Of a stretch of DNA of 64,000 nt, positions 37,837 to 48,528 are shown one piece after another. Below the pieces are notes generated by a model, which worked only from the letters and a program-made list of their open reading frames with translations, had not been told where the DNA came from and searched no databases. Both the position numbers and the translations under genes were made by a program. Origin of the DNA: a phage; the sequence record PZ452594.1; one strand, written 5' to 3'. How positions within the stretch are numbered: position 1 is the stretch's first letter; every line of letters begins with the position of its first letter.

Positions 37837-37872
37837 ATATACTATCACAATTCTAGGAAAAAGTAAACAACT
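37837..37872 (-). promoter_or_regulatory. early promoter for denV (GTTTAC, 18 nt, TAGTAT)
   Basis: sense GTTTACTTTTTCCTAGAATTGTGATAGTAT. Confidence 0.5.
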
Positions 37873-38841
<969 letters not shown>

Positions 38842-38860
<19 letters not shown>

Positions 38861-39330
38861 TCAGTGATAAAGTTATTTAAATTTTGAGCGTATTTCTTTT
38901 CATCAAAAATCTTTTGCTGTCTGCGTAAACGCCATGGCATTTCAATGAATATGCACCATATTCCTGATAATATTGCTGCTGTAAAAATATTAACAAGTAT
39001 GGTTAAAAGAATCCAATCTCCTATTCTGTCCATTGGATTTTTTATAAAAAAGTAAAATACGAATGATGTCACAGGAAGACTAATAATATACCACAGAATC
39101 ATAATTTTATCTGTGAACCAATCAGCGTTCGTTAACTTAGCACGACCATTATGAATACACACGAATTTATCATCTGTTATAATAGATGGCTTAGCTGCTT
39201 GATATCCCATTCTAAACTCCCTAATCAACAAATTTTTCATATCTTCGGAACAACCATTCCAGTCAACTCTATCAACTGAAATGCCATCATCCCCATCATC
39301 TAAATCATACCAGCGAGTTTTTAAAATCAT
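38842..39330 (-). CDS. membrane protein (162 aa); junction-motif family member
   Basis: 2 TM helices; C-terminus NNFITECRKLK. Confidence 0.45.
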
Positions 39331-39689
39331 TTAATTTTCCTACAATCACTCACAAACTCTTCCATTGATTCTTTTTCAATATAAGACATGTAGCTATTAT
39401 ATTCCTTTAATTGTATTTTGTAATCCTTTTTTCTTTGCCAATTTATTTTAAAATTATCATAATGAAAATATAACACTGTACCAAAGAATGAAAATAATGA
39501 AATAATTTTAGTATAGTGAAGTTCACTCCAAACTTCTATTATATTTACTGTGCCGTCAATGTTTAAAATAAGACAGTCAATTAACAATCCAAAAAGACTA
39601 CCCGCAAGAGCTGCAGCCAACGCTACAGCAAAAATTAAAAATGACTCAGGAAGAGAATATTTGACTTTATTTAGTTTTGGCTTTTGCAT
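39327..39689 (-). CDS. membrane protein (120 aa); junction-motif family member
   Basis: TM helices; C-terminus EEFVSDCRKIK. Confidence 0.45.
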   Translation of the reverse strand: MQKPKLNKVKYSLPESFLIFAVALAAALAGSLFGLLIDCLILNIDGTVNIIEVWSELHYTKIISLFSFFGTVLYFHYDNFKINWQRKKDYKIQLKEYNSYMSYIEKESMEEFVSDCRKIK

Positions 39690-40063
39690 CGTGATTCCTT
39701 AACAAATTTCATAATTTCATCAAATTCATGCGCAGCAAGTTTAAGCTGATGTTCCTTTTTAATCTTTTTACACTGAGCTTTCCAATCACGTACACGTTTA
39801 CGATAGTGTCTTCCTTGATACCAATATCCTATCCAATTTATAGGTACTAATAAAAGCGGAACTACCAATGGAAGAATTAGTGTTGCTCCAAATATTGCAC
39901 CAGATTCAATATCAGTCATAACGTCTATAACTATTCCAGCAATCAACAGAATCACAAATGATACGGCTACCACAGGACCTATTAACACATCAGTAGAAAT
40001 TATCTGACGCTTTAATTCATACTTTAAGGGTTTACTTGGAAGATACATTGATGGCTTTGACAT
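39671..40063 (-). CDS. membrane protein (130 aa); junction-motif family member
   Basis: TM helices; C-terminus MKFVKESRCKSQN. Confidence 0.45.
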   Translation of the reverse strand: MSKPSMYLPSKPLKYELKRQIISTDVLIGPVVAVSFVILLIAGIVIDVMTDIESGAIFGATLILPLVVPLLLVPINWIGYWYQGRHYRKRVRDWKAQCKKIKKEHQLKLAAHEFDEIMKFVKESRCKSQN

Positions 40064-40637
40064 ATTCTCTGCATTCCTTCACAAATTTTTCTAATAATAA
40101 ATCGCTTTCAAAATTGGGATTTTCTACGAATTTATCAAAAAGATCATCGACAATAGTTAAGATATTCTTTTTACTAAGAATACGTTTATTTTCATGCTTC
40201 GTTTCAGAATCAACTATAAGAGTAAAGAAATATTTCTTGCCCTGAAATTTTACAGTAGTATCAATATAGAATAAATTTGACTTTTGTAAATTACGTTTAA
40301 ACCATGCATCACTTAAACTATAAACGCCAAGATAATCATAATCGTCGTTTAAATAACAGACCGTCCATTCAGGAGAAACAAAATCAGTAAATTCAACATC
40401 AAAATCACATGTTAATGAATGAATTGATTCAATACTGTTAATAAGTATTCCAGGACGTATTAAAGACTTTTTACCTTTATAAAATCCAGAAAGACTTTCA
40501 TCAGTTTCATATGAAGAACCCCAATAATAATTACGTCCTTCTGCCATACGTTTAAGAGCATTTAATAATTGGTCTGGAACATCAACCTGTCTTTGGAACT
40601 CTTCAAACATTGAATTGAAATCACTTTGCATTTTCAT
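40032..40637 (-). CDS. hypothetical protein (201 aa); junction-motif family member
   Basis: C-terminus EKFVKECREYVKAIN overlaps next gene start. Confidence 0.45.
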   Translation of the reverse strand: MKMQSDFNSMFEEFQRQVDVPDQLLNALKRMAEGRNYYWGSSYETDESLSGFYKGKKSLIRPGILINSIESIHSLTCDFDVEFTDFVSPEWTVCYLNDDYDYLGVYSLSDAWFKRNLQKSNLFYIDTTVKFQGKKYFFTLIVDSETKHENKRILSKKNILTIVDDLFDKFVENPNFESDLLLEKFVKECREYVKAINVSSK

Positions 40638-40658
40638 TCCTACTTACTCCAAGTAATA

Positions 40659-40672
40659 GGGGCCGAAGCCCC
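40659..40672 (-). terminator. GGGGCUUCGGCCCC hairpin
   Basis: plus ggggccgaagcccc between ORFs. Confidence 0.45.
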
Positions 40673-40678
40673 TTATCA

Positions 40679-41272
40679 TTATTTCAGAGAATTAATGTAT
40701 TCCTGAACATCGGCAGAGGTAGTTTCAACCCCAGAAATATTGCCATTAAAGGTTTCAACTCGAGCAAGAGTATCTTCAATATCAACCTTAGTCAGTGCTG
40801 CAATTTCAACTACATCATCAGCAGTACTAATTCCGAGGGCATTCGCGGCGCGAGTTTCACGGATATATTCCAATTTAACTGCAAGTTCTTGGCGAGCATC
40901 ATCTAACTCAACTACTTTCTTGGCGATTTCAATTCGCATTTCAGCATAACCATCAGCTTTAGTAGTCAACTGCTCAGCTGTTCGACGATATAGTAAACCG
41001 AGTTTAGCATGCATTGTTACATCTTGACCTTCAGAAAGAAGCTTGCGAATTTCACGCTCTTTTGATTCGGCCTGCTTATTCTTTTCGACAATAAGTTCAC
41101 GAATACGCTTTTCTTCATTAATAGATTTAACAGAAGCAGTTTTTAGATCTTTAATCTTATCAAGTAGTTTTGCTGCTGCAGCAGTATACTGCTCTTCAAC
41201 AGATAGATTTTTAGCCATAGCAGAACCAAGTTTAGTGCGAATAAACTCAACAATTTTCTTCAGCATGTTCAT
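40679..41272 (-). CDS. coiled-coil protein (197 aa)
   Basis: ORF track; long heptad-rich helical sequence. Confidence 0.45.
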   Translation of the reverse strand: MNMLKKIVEFIRTKLGSAMAKNLSVEEQYTAAAAKLLDKIKDLKTASVKSINEEKRIRELIVEKNKQAESKEREIRKLLSEGQDVTMHAKLGLLYRRTAEQLTTKADGYAEMRIEIAKKVVELDDARQELAVKLEYIRETRAANALGISTADDVVEIAALTKVDIEDTLARVETFNGNISGVETTSADVQEYINSLK

Positions 41273-41349
41273 AGCATTTCCTTTAGTTAATTAAGGGTTT
41301 TATAATCCGTGGGAGTATTATACTCTACTCCCGAGAGTTTGTAAACATG

Positions 41350-41748
41350 TTATTTCATTTTTGCGAGGCAGATTTCATTGGCTTCCCATTGAGCTTGCTT
41401 AATAATAGCTTTGGATACAGGAACCTTTTGACCATAAGTTTTTGACGTTGAGAGAACAATATATTTGTTTGCCTCATTATGCCAACCCCATGATTCTTCG
41501 CCATGAGTACCTTTAACTACAGCTGACACCTCAACAGAACATCCATCATCACCAATCTTGGTGTCTACAATCCATTCATTTCTCTCGACAGCTTCATTTT
41601 CCGATCTCATTTTTTCTTCATACACGGCGACCCAATCAGTTTTTGTCAAGCTTAAACTAAGAGCTTTCTCTAATTCTTTAACAGATTTTTGTTGTTCGGG
41701 TGTTAATGAATTATATAACTCTCGCATTTCTTTATCTTCAATATTCAT
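41350..41748 (-). CDS. hypothetical protein (132 aa)
   Basis: ORF track. Confidence 0.45.
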   Translation of the reverse strand: MNIEDKEMRELYNSLTPEQQKSVKELEKALSLSLTKTDWVAVYEEKMRSENEAVERNEWIVDTKIGDDGCSVEVSAVVKGTHGEESWGWHNEANKYIVLSTSKTYGQKVPVSKAIIKQAQWEANEICLAKMK

Positions 41749-41804
41749 TATGTTCTCCTCAAAGTTATAGGCTCATAATATCTCAATCATGAGCCTGTGT
41801 AAAC

Positions 41805-42068
41805 TTATTTCATATTATTGAAATATTCTTCAGCAATTTCATCATTATCATGATAAACTTTAGAAGACAGTTTAACATAACTTTCAGCAGTGAACATGTT
41901 AATCACAACCTTTACAGTATACCACTGACCGTCTTCATTACCCATTACTGCATAAGTTTCAAACATCGGATGGTCAGGACCGATAACTTTAATATCATTC
42001 ACTGTACGACCGAAATCTTCTGAAACGCATTTCATAAAGAAGTTAAACAGTTCGCCGTAATTATCCAT
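41805..42068 (-). CDS. hypothetical acidic protein (87 aa)
   Basis: track start 42080 is TTG; ATG at 42066-42068 after GGAGAA. Confidence 0.45.
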   Translation of the reverse strand: MDNYGELFNFFMKCVSEDFGRTVNDIKVIGPDHPMFETYAVMGNEDGQWYTVKVVINMFTAESYVKLSSKVYHDNDEIAEEYFNNMK

Positions 42069-42109
42069 TTCGTTCTCCAAGTTGTTTTCTGTATCAGTAG
42101 TTGATAGTT

Positions 42110-42146
42110 GTATAGTACCATGGAAGAACAGGGATGTAAACAGTTT
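42110..42146 (-). promoter_or_regulatory. early promoter (GTTTAC, 18 nt, TACTAT) with conserved 20-mer
   Basis: sense GTTTACATCCCTGTTCTTCCATGGTACTAT. Confidence 0.5.
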
Positions 42147-42270
42147 TGTGAAAAATTTTTAAAAAGTTTTAGGGAATTCTAGGGCCAGGAGGGGCAATTA
42201 AAAGGTAGGATAATATATTATAAAGGGTATAAACTAAATGATGCCTAGAGAGGCCCGGAAAGGCCTAGAT

Positions 42271-42300
42271 ACCAAAAAGCTCCAACCGAAAGGTTGGAGC
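42271..42300 (-). terminator. intrinsic terminator GCUCCAACC-UUUC-GGUUGGAGC + U5
   Basis: plus accaaaaa-gctccaaccgaaaggttggagc, directly 3' of the ORF ending at 42309. Confidence 0.65.
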
Positions 42301-42308
42301 TAAGAATG

Positions 42309-42770
42309 TTATTTGATTTGTTTAGCAGACCAAATGCGGTCTTTGATGATTTTTTGGAGGTCTTCAACATACTCTAGGTCATGAGCATGTGGATTATCTT
42401 TGAAACTATGAGCTCGCGCAAGTTTCTGGCCTTCGGTCTTAATTATCAAAAGTTCTTTAAGAATTGCTTCATACCTAGAGATAATTCCTTTAGCAATATT
42501 TTTTTCTTGTGCTGCTTTAGGGTCAGCCTTAGGAGCAGGTTTACCAGAAGGTTTTTCGAAAGCCGCACCAGTAGCAACCAGGCTTTTCCAGGCGGTGGTA
42601 ACATAGTTACCCACAAAGCCTTCAGCTCTCATATCGTCATAGAACTTGTACCGAGATTCGTCAGAAGCATCTTTATAAGAATATTTACCAGCTTTAATAG
42701 CAGCAGTTGCTACAGCGCGAACATCTGAAGCGGATGCTTCGGTCATTAAAAATTGAGCATAAGTTTTCAT
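42309..42770 (-). CDS. protein with CTS-like N-terminus (153 aa)
   Basis: begins MKTYAQFLMTEA; ATG at 42768-42770 after AGGAAA; has its own terminator. Confidence 0.5.
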   Translation of the reverse strand: MKTYAQFLMTEASASDVRAVATAAIKAGKYSYKDASDESRYKFYDDMRAEGFVGNYVTTAWKSLVATGAAFEKPSGKPAPKADPKAAQEKNIAKGIISRYEAILKELLIIKTEGQKLARAHSFKDNPHAHDLEYVEDLQKIIKDRIWSAKQIK

Positions 42771-42805
42771 TGTTATTTCCTGTGTTAATTAACTCATCTA
42801 TTTAT

Positions 42806-42837
42806 ACCAAAAAAGCCCCAACCTTTCGGTCGGGGCT
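42806..42837 (-). terminator. intrinsic terminator at the distal end of the tRNA/stable-RNA cluster
   Basis: plus agccccaacctttcggtcggggct preceded by a-run. Confidence 0.6.
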
Positions 42838-42840
42838 AAG

Positions 42841-43153
42841 CCTTGCGGCAACCTTGTCGGGGTTCCACCTGCTAAGGCAAGTGTTTGTACGAAACGCCGG
42901 GATTCGAACCCGGTTATTAAGCAGTTGACGCTACTCAATATTTTTAAAAGGCCATATCTCGACCATATCCGAACGTTCCGTCAAAAACGCTACTCGGCTT
43001 ACGGCAAAGATATTTCCTCGAATCGATAATTCGGTGCGCCGTTTCTGCTGTGATATAAGAGGGCATTAACAAAACATAAAGATTTATTAATGCCAGTCCT
43101 TAAACAGGGAACATCAGTCCGACGACTTACCGGTAGCGACCCGGTTTCTTGTT
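42841..43153 (-). ncRNA. stable small RNA(s) of the tRNA cluster (T4 rnaC/rnaD-like), tRNA-like T-arm
   Basis: no ORF; sense contains CCGGGTTCGAATCCCGG; lies between tRNA-Arg and the cluster terminator. Confidence 0.35.
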
Positions 43154-43228
43154 TGGTATCCCGCCCTGGGATCGAACCAGGACCGCAAACTTAGAAGGAT
43201 CGTATGCTATCCATTACACCAGCGGGAC
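43154..43228 (-). tRNA. tRNA-Arg (anticodon UCU), CCA encoded
   Basis: hand-folded GTCCCGC...CTTCTAA...GGTTCGATCC...GCGGGATACCA. Confidence 0.75.
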
Positions 43229-43233
43229 ATAAT

Positions 43234-43899
43234 TTAAAATTTCATTTTTCGACCTTTAAACCATCCTTCTGGAATTGGGTCAGTTTTCTTAATACGTTTA
43301 GAAACTTTTTCATCTAATGAATGAATCCACATCATACCAAATTGGGAATTCTTTTCACCTTTCTGGTGATTATTTTTAGCGTGAATTTCTTTCATTTTAT
43401 TAATAGTTTCAAGAGTATGATGCTTATTTAAAAATCTGCTATTATTTAAAAATTTTTCCTTGTATTCAGGAGTTGACCATAAACGTTTAAATACATTTGA
43501 ACCATTTTGACGATATTTTTCTTGAAGTAAAATATCATTTTTAAAACGTGACTTAAACGATTTAGCTCCTTTTAAACTAGCGTCTTTCTTCTGATTTAGC
43601 ATCTCAGGAATATTTATATGATCCCATCCGCCTTCACCGCCAAGTTTTAAATTATACACATCTGGTCTATTTAAAAACTCTTCTGTGACAATATTTTTCT
43701 CGGCTTCAAGCATAGATTCTTTATCATCAAAATATTCTAATATTTCTTTAGAAAAATTTTCTATACCATACCTGTCTTGGGCTCTTTTTAATAATTTACC
43801 AGAACCCATATATCCATCATCTAAATTTTCGGTAGAATGCACACCAATATAAATTTTATTATTAATTTTATTTGTTATTTTATAAAGATAAAAATGCAT
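43234..43899 (-). CDS. segB: GIY-YIG homing endonuclease (SegB-like, 221 aa) inside the tRNA cluster
   Basis: GIY-YIG motif FYLYKITNKINNKIYIGVHS; ATG at 43897-43899; the longer track ORF would overlap tRNA-Tyr. Confidence 0.65.
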   Translation of the reverse strand: MHFYLYKITNKINNKIYIGVHSTENLDDGYMGSGKLLKRAQDRYGIENFSKEILEYFDDKESMLEAEKNIVTEEFLNRPDVYNLKLGGEGGWDHINIPEMLNQKKDASLKGAKSFKSRFKNDILLQEKYRQNGSNVFKRLWSTPEYKEKFLNNSRFLNKHHTLETINKMKEIHAKNNHQKGEKNSQFGMMWIHSLDEKVSKRIKKTDPIPEGWFKGRKMKF

Positions 43900-43945
43900 A
43901 TCAGTCCTTAATAAAGAACTGAGCGTCTCACGACGAGTCATAAAT

Positions 43946-44032
43946 TGGTGGGGAGTGATGGAGTCGAACCACCCGAGTCGCAATGACAATGAATTTACAG
44001 TCCACACCGCTACCTCTACGGGATAACTCCCC
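43946..44032 (-). tRNA. tRNA-Tyr (anticodon GUA), long variable arm, CCA encoded
   Basis: hand-folded: acceptor GGGGAGT/ACTCCCC, anticodon loop CTGTAAA, T-loop TTCGACT. Confidence 0.6.
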
Positions 44033-44041
44033 TAATTAATT

Positions 44042-44118
44042 TGGTGACCCAGACCAGATTTGAACTGGTAACCTTTCCCTTATGAGGGGACTGCTGCTAA
44101 CCATTGAGCTACAGGGCC
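44042..44118 (-). tRNA. tRNA with CAU anticodon (Ile by T4 analogy, or Met), CCA encoded
   Basis: anticodon loop CTCATAA; T-arm ACCAG-TTCAAAT-CTGGT. Confidence 0.6.
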
Positions 44119-44119
44119 T

Positions 44120-44195
44120 TGGTGCTGATTGACGGAATCGAACCGCCGACCTTCTCATTACAAGTGAGTTGCTCTACCTACTGAGCTAAATCAGC
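44120..44195 (-). tRNA. tRNA-Thr (UGU), CCA encoded
   Basis: anticodon loop CTTGTAA; acceptor GCTGATT/AATCAGC. Confidence 0.75.
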
Positions 44196-44197
44196 AA

Positions 44198-44284
44198 CGG
44201 AGGCGATAGGATTCGAACCTATGAATCGCCGGAGCGACTGCCGGTTTTCAAGACCGGTGCATTAAACCACTCTGCCACGCCTCC
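44198..44284 (-). tRNA. tRNA-Ser (UGA), long variable arm, CCA not encoded
   Basis: anticodon arm CCGGT-CTTGAAA-ACCGG; acceptor GGAGGCG/CGCCTCC. Confidence 0.75.
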
Positions 44285-44286
44285 AG

Positions 44287-44360
44287 TCTCCATACAAGGA
44301 TTTGAACCTTGGACCTCCTGATCCCAAATCAGGCGCTCTACCAAACTGAGCTACACGGAG
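44287..44360 (-). tRNA. tRNA-Pro (UGG), CCA not encoded
   Basis: anticodon arm CCTGA-TTTGGGA-TCAGG; T-arm CAAGG-TTCAAAT-CCTTG. Confidence 0.7.
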
Positions 44361-44370
44361 TAAATTAAAT

Positions 44371-44444
<74 letters not shown>

Positions 44445-44449
44445 AAATT

Positions 44450-44536
44450 TGGTGCGAGAAGTGGGACTCGAACCCACAAGGAAATCATTCCGCAGCATTT
44501 TAAGTGCTGTGCCTTTACCAATTTGACCATTCTCGC
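44450..44536 (-). tRNA. tRNA-Leu (UAA), long variable arm, CCA encoded
   Basis: anticodon arm CAGCA-CTTAAAA-TGCTG; acceptor GCGAGAA/TTCTCGC. Confidence 0.75.
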
Positions 44537-44537
44537 G

Positions 44538-44610
44538 CTGGGAATAAAGGACTCGAACCTTTGCATCCTGGAATCAAAATCCAGTGCCTTACCAACTTGG
44601 CTAATTCCCA
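44538..44610 (-). tRNA. tRNA-Gln (UUG), CCA not encoded
   Basis: anticodon arm CTGGA-TTTTGAT-TCCAG; T-arm AAAGG-TTCGAGT-CCTTT. Confidence 0.75.
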
Positions 44611-44707
44611 ATTATTAACAAAGGCTCTCAAACAAGAACCCTTGATGATAGAGGGTATTAATCAGTGCGGTATGAGTTAATAATAACAAATAATTCTTAA
44701 AGCATAT

Positions 44708-45001
44708 TTACCATTTATGATGATACATACTTACGATGCATTCAAGACCCAAAGAATTCTTGAAAATATCATATTCAAGAGGACCTTTTTCTGTTTCGAT
44801 AAAGAAATCAAAATTTACTGTATTAAATTTACGGTCTTCCTTTACTAATTTAACTTGAGAAGATGAACGGTCAATGTAAACCTTTTCAACTTCAAAACAT
44901 GTTAAAATGCCATAATCATCGATCAAGGCTTTAGCTGCTTCTTGATCATATTTATATCCATTTTCAATGGATGATACTTTTGCATAAAGAATCATTATCA
45001 C
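44708..45001 (-). CDS. hypothetical protein (97 aa)
   Basis: ORF track. Confidence 0.45.
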   Translation of the reverse strand: MIMILYAKVSSIENGYKYDQEAAKALIDDYGILTCFEVEKVYIDRSSSQVKLVKEDRKFNTVNFDFFIETEKGPLEYDIFKNSLGLECIVSMYHHKW

Positions 45002-45378
45002 ACTCCGTAGTCTATCTTGACCAATCTACCTTTGTAGTAGCCAAAGTTCTTTGGAAAGGCATCATACTCAAAGAAATCACGGTCAAGCGTTCTACATTCA
45101 TCACCATCAACATCATTATAGAGCTTTTGCAAATCAGATTTAAAAAGCTCCTTATCCTCAACTGGCTCTGCTTTGTGCATCACAACCATGAGACCAAATC
45201 TGTTTGAGTATGCTATTGGGCATAGGTGCTTGTTATCATACCCCTTCCACTGACCTTCTGTAAGATTGCTGAGCATACCCTGCACGAAGTGTTTCCATGT
45301 CTTGGGGATAGGGAACTTAATAGCATACTTACGTGTTAGTAGTACCCATCTGGTTCCACCCGATTTAATTAATTTCAT
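44998..45378 (-). CDS. hypothetical protein (126 aa)
   Basis: ORF track. Confidence 0.45.
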   Translation of the reverse strand: MKLIKSGGTRWVLLTRKYAIKFPIPKTWKHFVQGMLSNLTEGQWKGYDNKHLCPIAYSNRFGLMVVMHKAEPVEDKELFKSDLQKLYNDVDGDECRTLDRDFFEYDAFPKNFGYYKGRLVKIDYGV

Positions 45379-45452
45379 AGTCTCAGCTACCTCAATATTA
45401 ATTTAAGCAATATCATTCCTATAAGGTAATACTTTAGCATAAAGAATCATTG

Positions 45453-45863
45453 TCAGCCTCTATCAACGATAGCATGAGTATGGGCATTTACGATTTGCCA
45501 CCAGTCGAAACGATTGGAACCATAATCTGGTTTATTTTCATTTTCTTTAATGATATCACGCAACTTATCTTCTGTTTCAGCATACGCAATTAAATCATCA
45601 TATCCACCGCAAGGATAATAATTATCACCTGCGAATAAAAGAAAATTTACCTTAGATGGATTTACGTAATAATGGTCTTTAGGATATTTAGTTCCTCTCC
45701 AATCAGTTACTTCAACATAACGGTAAGAAAATCCATTTTTACTTTCAATCCAACTCCACGCTTCAAAAGGAGTATTAAAAACTTTATCAGGTATTAAATT
45801 ACCTTCAAAATGAGAAGGATTTGCATAATCCCCGGCATAAACATAATATTCGTTAATACTCAT
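45453..45863 (-). CDS. hypothetical protein (136 aa)
   Basis: ORF track. Confidence 0.45.
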   Translation of the reverse strand: MSINEYYVYAGDYANPSHFEGNLIPDKVFNTPFEAWSWIESKNGFSYRYVEVTDWRGTKYPKDHYYVNPSKVNFLLFAGDNYYPCGGYDDLIAYAETEDKLRDIIKENENKPDYGSNRFDWWQIVNAHTHAIVDRG

Positions 45864-46049
45864 TTATTCACCTTTAGAAATTTTATCCATAACGATAGCG
45901 ATTAAACCAATTAAAAATGCTACTACAAGCGAAAACACATTTTCTGCTGTAGTTAATAATCCGCATATAAATCCAACAAACATTGAAAAACTAAAAGCGG
46001 AAGCAGAAATTGCAATAGCAACATTTCGAATTAATTCACAACGTTTCAT
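45864..46049 (-). CDS. small membrane protein (61 aa)
   Basis: hydrophobic throughout; early promoter upstream. Confidence 0.45.
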   Translation of the reverse strand: MKRCELIRNVAIAISASAFSFSMFVGFICGLLTTAENVFSLVVAFLIGLIAIVMDKISKGE

Positions 46050-46066
46050 TTTATTCTCCTCGGTAG

Positions 46067-46090
46067 TTGATAGGGTAATAGTATCACTAC
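46067..46090. repeat. 24-nt promoter-core repeat, copy 1
   Basis: identical to 46367-46390, exactly 300 nt away. Confidence 0.85.
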
Positions 46091-46112
46091 CCTATCTAAA
46101 AGTAAACTTATT
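46076..46112 (-). promoter_or_regulatory. early promoter (GTTTAC, 18 nt, TACTAT) with 24-mer ttgatagggtaatagtatcactac
   Basis: sense GTTTACTTTTAGATAGGGTAGTGATACTAT; 24-mer at 46067-46090. Confidence 0.5.
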
Positions 46113-46341
46113 TTTTACGAAAAATTGATTTATATTTATCAGCCCATTTCTCAATGACTTTTGCCGGGCCATAGATAACAAAGTAATCGCCAAACTCTTC
46201 ACCACCGAGTTGACCGAAATCATCTAATGCATCACGAAGAACTCCATGAGGCATTTCACCCATTTTATCTTTCTTGCCAGTGTAAATAAACTCAACTTTT
46301 ACATCAGCAGTTTCAGCAATAAATTCTTGATACGTTTTCAT
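46108..46341 (-). CDS. internal-protein-like protein with N-terminal CTS (77 aa); ipI-locus variant
   Basis: ATG at 46339-46341 after GGAGAA gives MKTYQEFIAETADVKVEF...; track start 46359 is GTG. Confidence 0.6.
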   Translation of the reverse strand: MKTYQEFIAETADVKVEFIYTGKKDKMGEMPHGVLRDALDDFGQLGGEEFGDYFVIYGPAKVIEKWADKYKSIFRKK

Positions 46342-46366
46342 TTTGTTCTCCAATTTCACATTTGTT

Positions 46367-46390
46367 TTGATAGGGTAATAGTATCACTAC
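46367..46390. repeat. 24-nt promoter-core repeat, copy 2
   Basis: identical to 46067-46090. Confidence 0.85.
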
Positions 46391-46411
46391 TAAAACCCCA
46401 TGTAAACAACT
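46376..46411 (-). promoter_or_regulatory. early promoter (GTTTAC, 18 nt, TACTAT) for the ipI-like gene
   Basis: sense GTTTACATGGGGTTTTAGTAGTGATACTAT. Confidence 0.5.
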
Positions 46412-46419
46412 TTGTGAAA

Positions 46420-47116
<697 letters not shown>

Positions 47117-47117
<1 letters not shown>

Positions 47118-47842
47118 TATAGTACCTTTAGTGTATTTTTAATTTTAGAAAAAAGTTCTTCAAGAGAACCATCGTTTGTAATTACTAAATCGCCATCACG
47201 AATTGGCAATCCAGCTTCTGTAATATGTGTATCATTGGATTTTTGACCAGGACGAACTACATGAATTACTGTAGCACCCATCGCCCTAGCCGCATCCATT
47301 TCATGATCTTGACGAGTATCAGGAACGATATAATAATCATAACCTGAGTTAAATTTATCAAGATAATCTAAAGCAAATAATTTTACCCAGTACATGCGGT
47401 CGAAGTTATTAACAATCAAATCCGTACCTAGGGCTTGCATCAGACGACGGACTGACCATTGATCTTCAATATTATTTATAACGTCAATAATCTTGTTAAA
47501 TGCTACGGAATTAACTGATTCTTGTCCTTCGTCATCAAAAACAAACACACCCTTAATTGGGCTTTTACCGTTAAGATAGCAAAATGCTTGTTCCATAATC
47601 GTGATTACTTCTGATTTAGTCAGATTTAAATTAGTCTCACGATCATAGTCAATTCCTTCAAACTCTTTACGAGTTAAGCAAGGATAGTCAGTGTTTTCTG
47701 CAAATACGCCCCATGCATAAGCCAATGCATCCTTAATAGGACCAGCAAGTTGGTATTTAACTGCAGAATAATTGCTCATGATAAAATCAGCAGTAGTATC
47801 TTTTCCACTACGCTTTACACCGCTTAAAAAGATTAGTTTCAT
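47117..47842 (-). CDS. 1: deoxynucleoside monophosphate kinase gp1 (241 aa)
   Basis: ATG at 47840-47842 after GAGGAG gives MKLIFLSGVKRSGKDT (P-loop). Confidence 0.9.
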
Positions 47843-47891
47843 GTGTTTCTCCTCAAATTTAATTAAGATTATAACACACAAAACTGAAGCA

Positions 47892-48422
47892 TTAAACTTC
47901 TGCTATAATTTTTCCATCTTTTTCTACTTGAAAATATGTGTAAGGAATCGTTGCAGTACATACTAAAGCCGGGTCTGAATCTTCTGTGTAGCTAAATTCT
48001 ACTTCAGATAGGTCAGAAACCCAAGGCTTATAAAAATTTATTGACATCACGATTTCAGTTTTGCTATTATCTAAGATGTAAAGCGTAATGTACTCAGGAC
48101 CTGTTTTTTGGGCAGTATTTTCACCTGTAAGATAGTTGCTAGTTCCTAGCATCCATTCATACATTCCTATCCACGACTTAAGTTCTTCATCAACTATAAA
48201 TCTCACAATGAGTGGATCATACTCAAATGTAACACCTGGACGTTGTGCTCGGCCCAGTCCAAACGGCCCAGTCACGGTATCAGTAACAGGTATTCTAATT
48301 CCTGGAATAGGAACTGACTGAGCATTTAAAGTAAAAGCAGATGTAGTATTACTATGTGGTATTGATACTACAAAGTTAGTTGTATTTGCTTGGTTAAAAA
48401 TTTGTTGCAGAGCTTGCGACAT
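47892..48422 (-). CDS. 3: tail completion / sheath stabiliser gp3 (176 aa)
   Basis: ATG at 48420-48422 after GAGGAA gives MSQALQQIFNQANTTNF. Confidence 0.8.
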   Translation of the reverse strand: MSQALQQIFNQANTTNFVVSIPHSNTTSAFTLNAQSVPIPGIRIPVTDTVTGPFGLGRAQRPGVTFEYDPLIVRFIVDEELKSWIGMYEWMLGTSNYLTGENTAQKTGPEYITLYILDNSKTEIVMSINFYKPWVSDLSEVEFSYTEDSDPALVCTATIPYTYFQVEKDGKIIAEV

Positions 48423-48528
48423 ATATTCCTCATAATGCTTTATAGTTGTTGGTGGTATAATGGGTCTAAGTCCCTTCCATTCAATTCCAATTAGAACAAA
48501 CAACAGAAAAGAATGGAAGATAATAGAA

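Noticed and set aside
40679-41272. PspA/IM30-like assignment for the 197-aa coiled-coil protein
   Set aside because: Only general coiled-coil character supports it; I could not find a convincing PspA-specific motif, so it is listed as a coiled-coil hypothetical protein.
43900-44007. N-terminal extension of the segB-like ORF to 44007 given in the ORF track
   Set aside because: The extension overlaps tRNA-Tyr; the internal ATG at 43899 gives a 221-aa GIY-YIG protein starting at the conserved motif.
44611-44707. Candidate promoter immediately upstream of tRNA-Gln (GTTTGA ... TAATAAT)
   Set aside because: Spacing would put the transcription start at or inside the tRNA 5' end; not convincing without 5'-end mapping.
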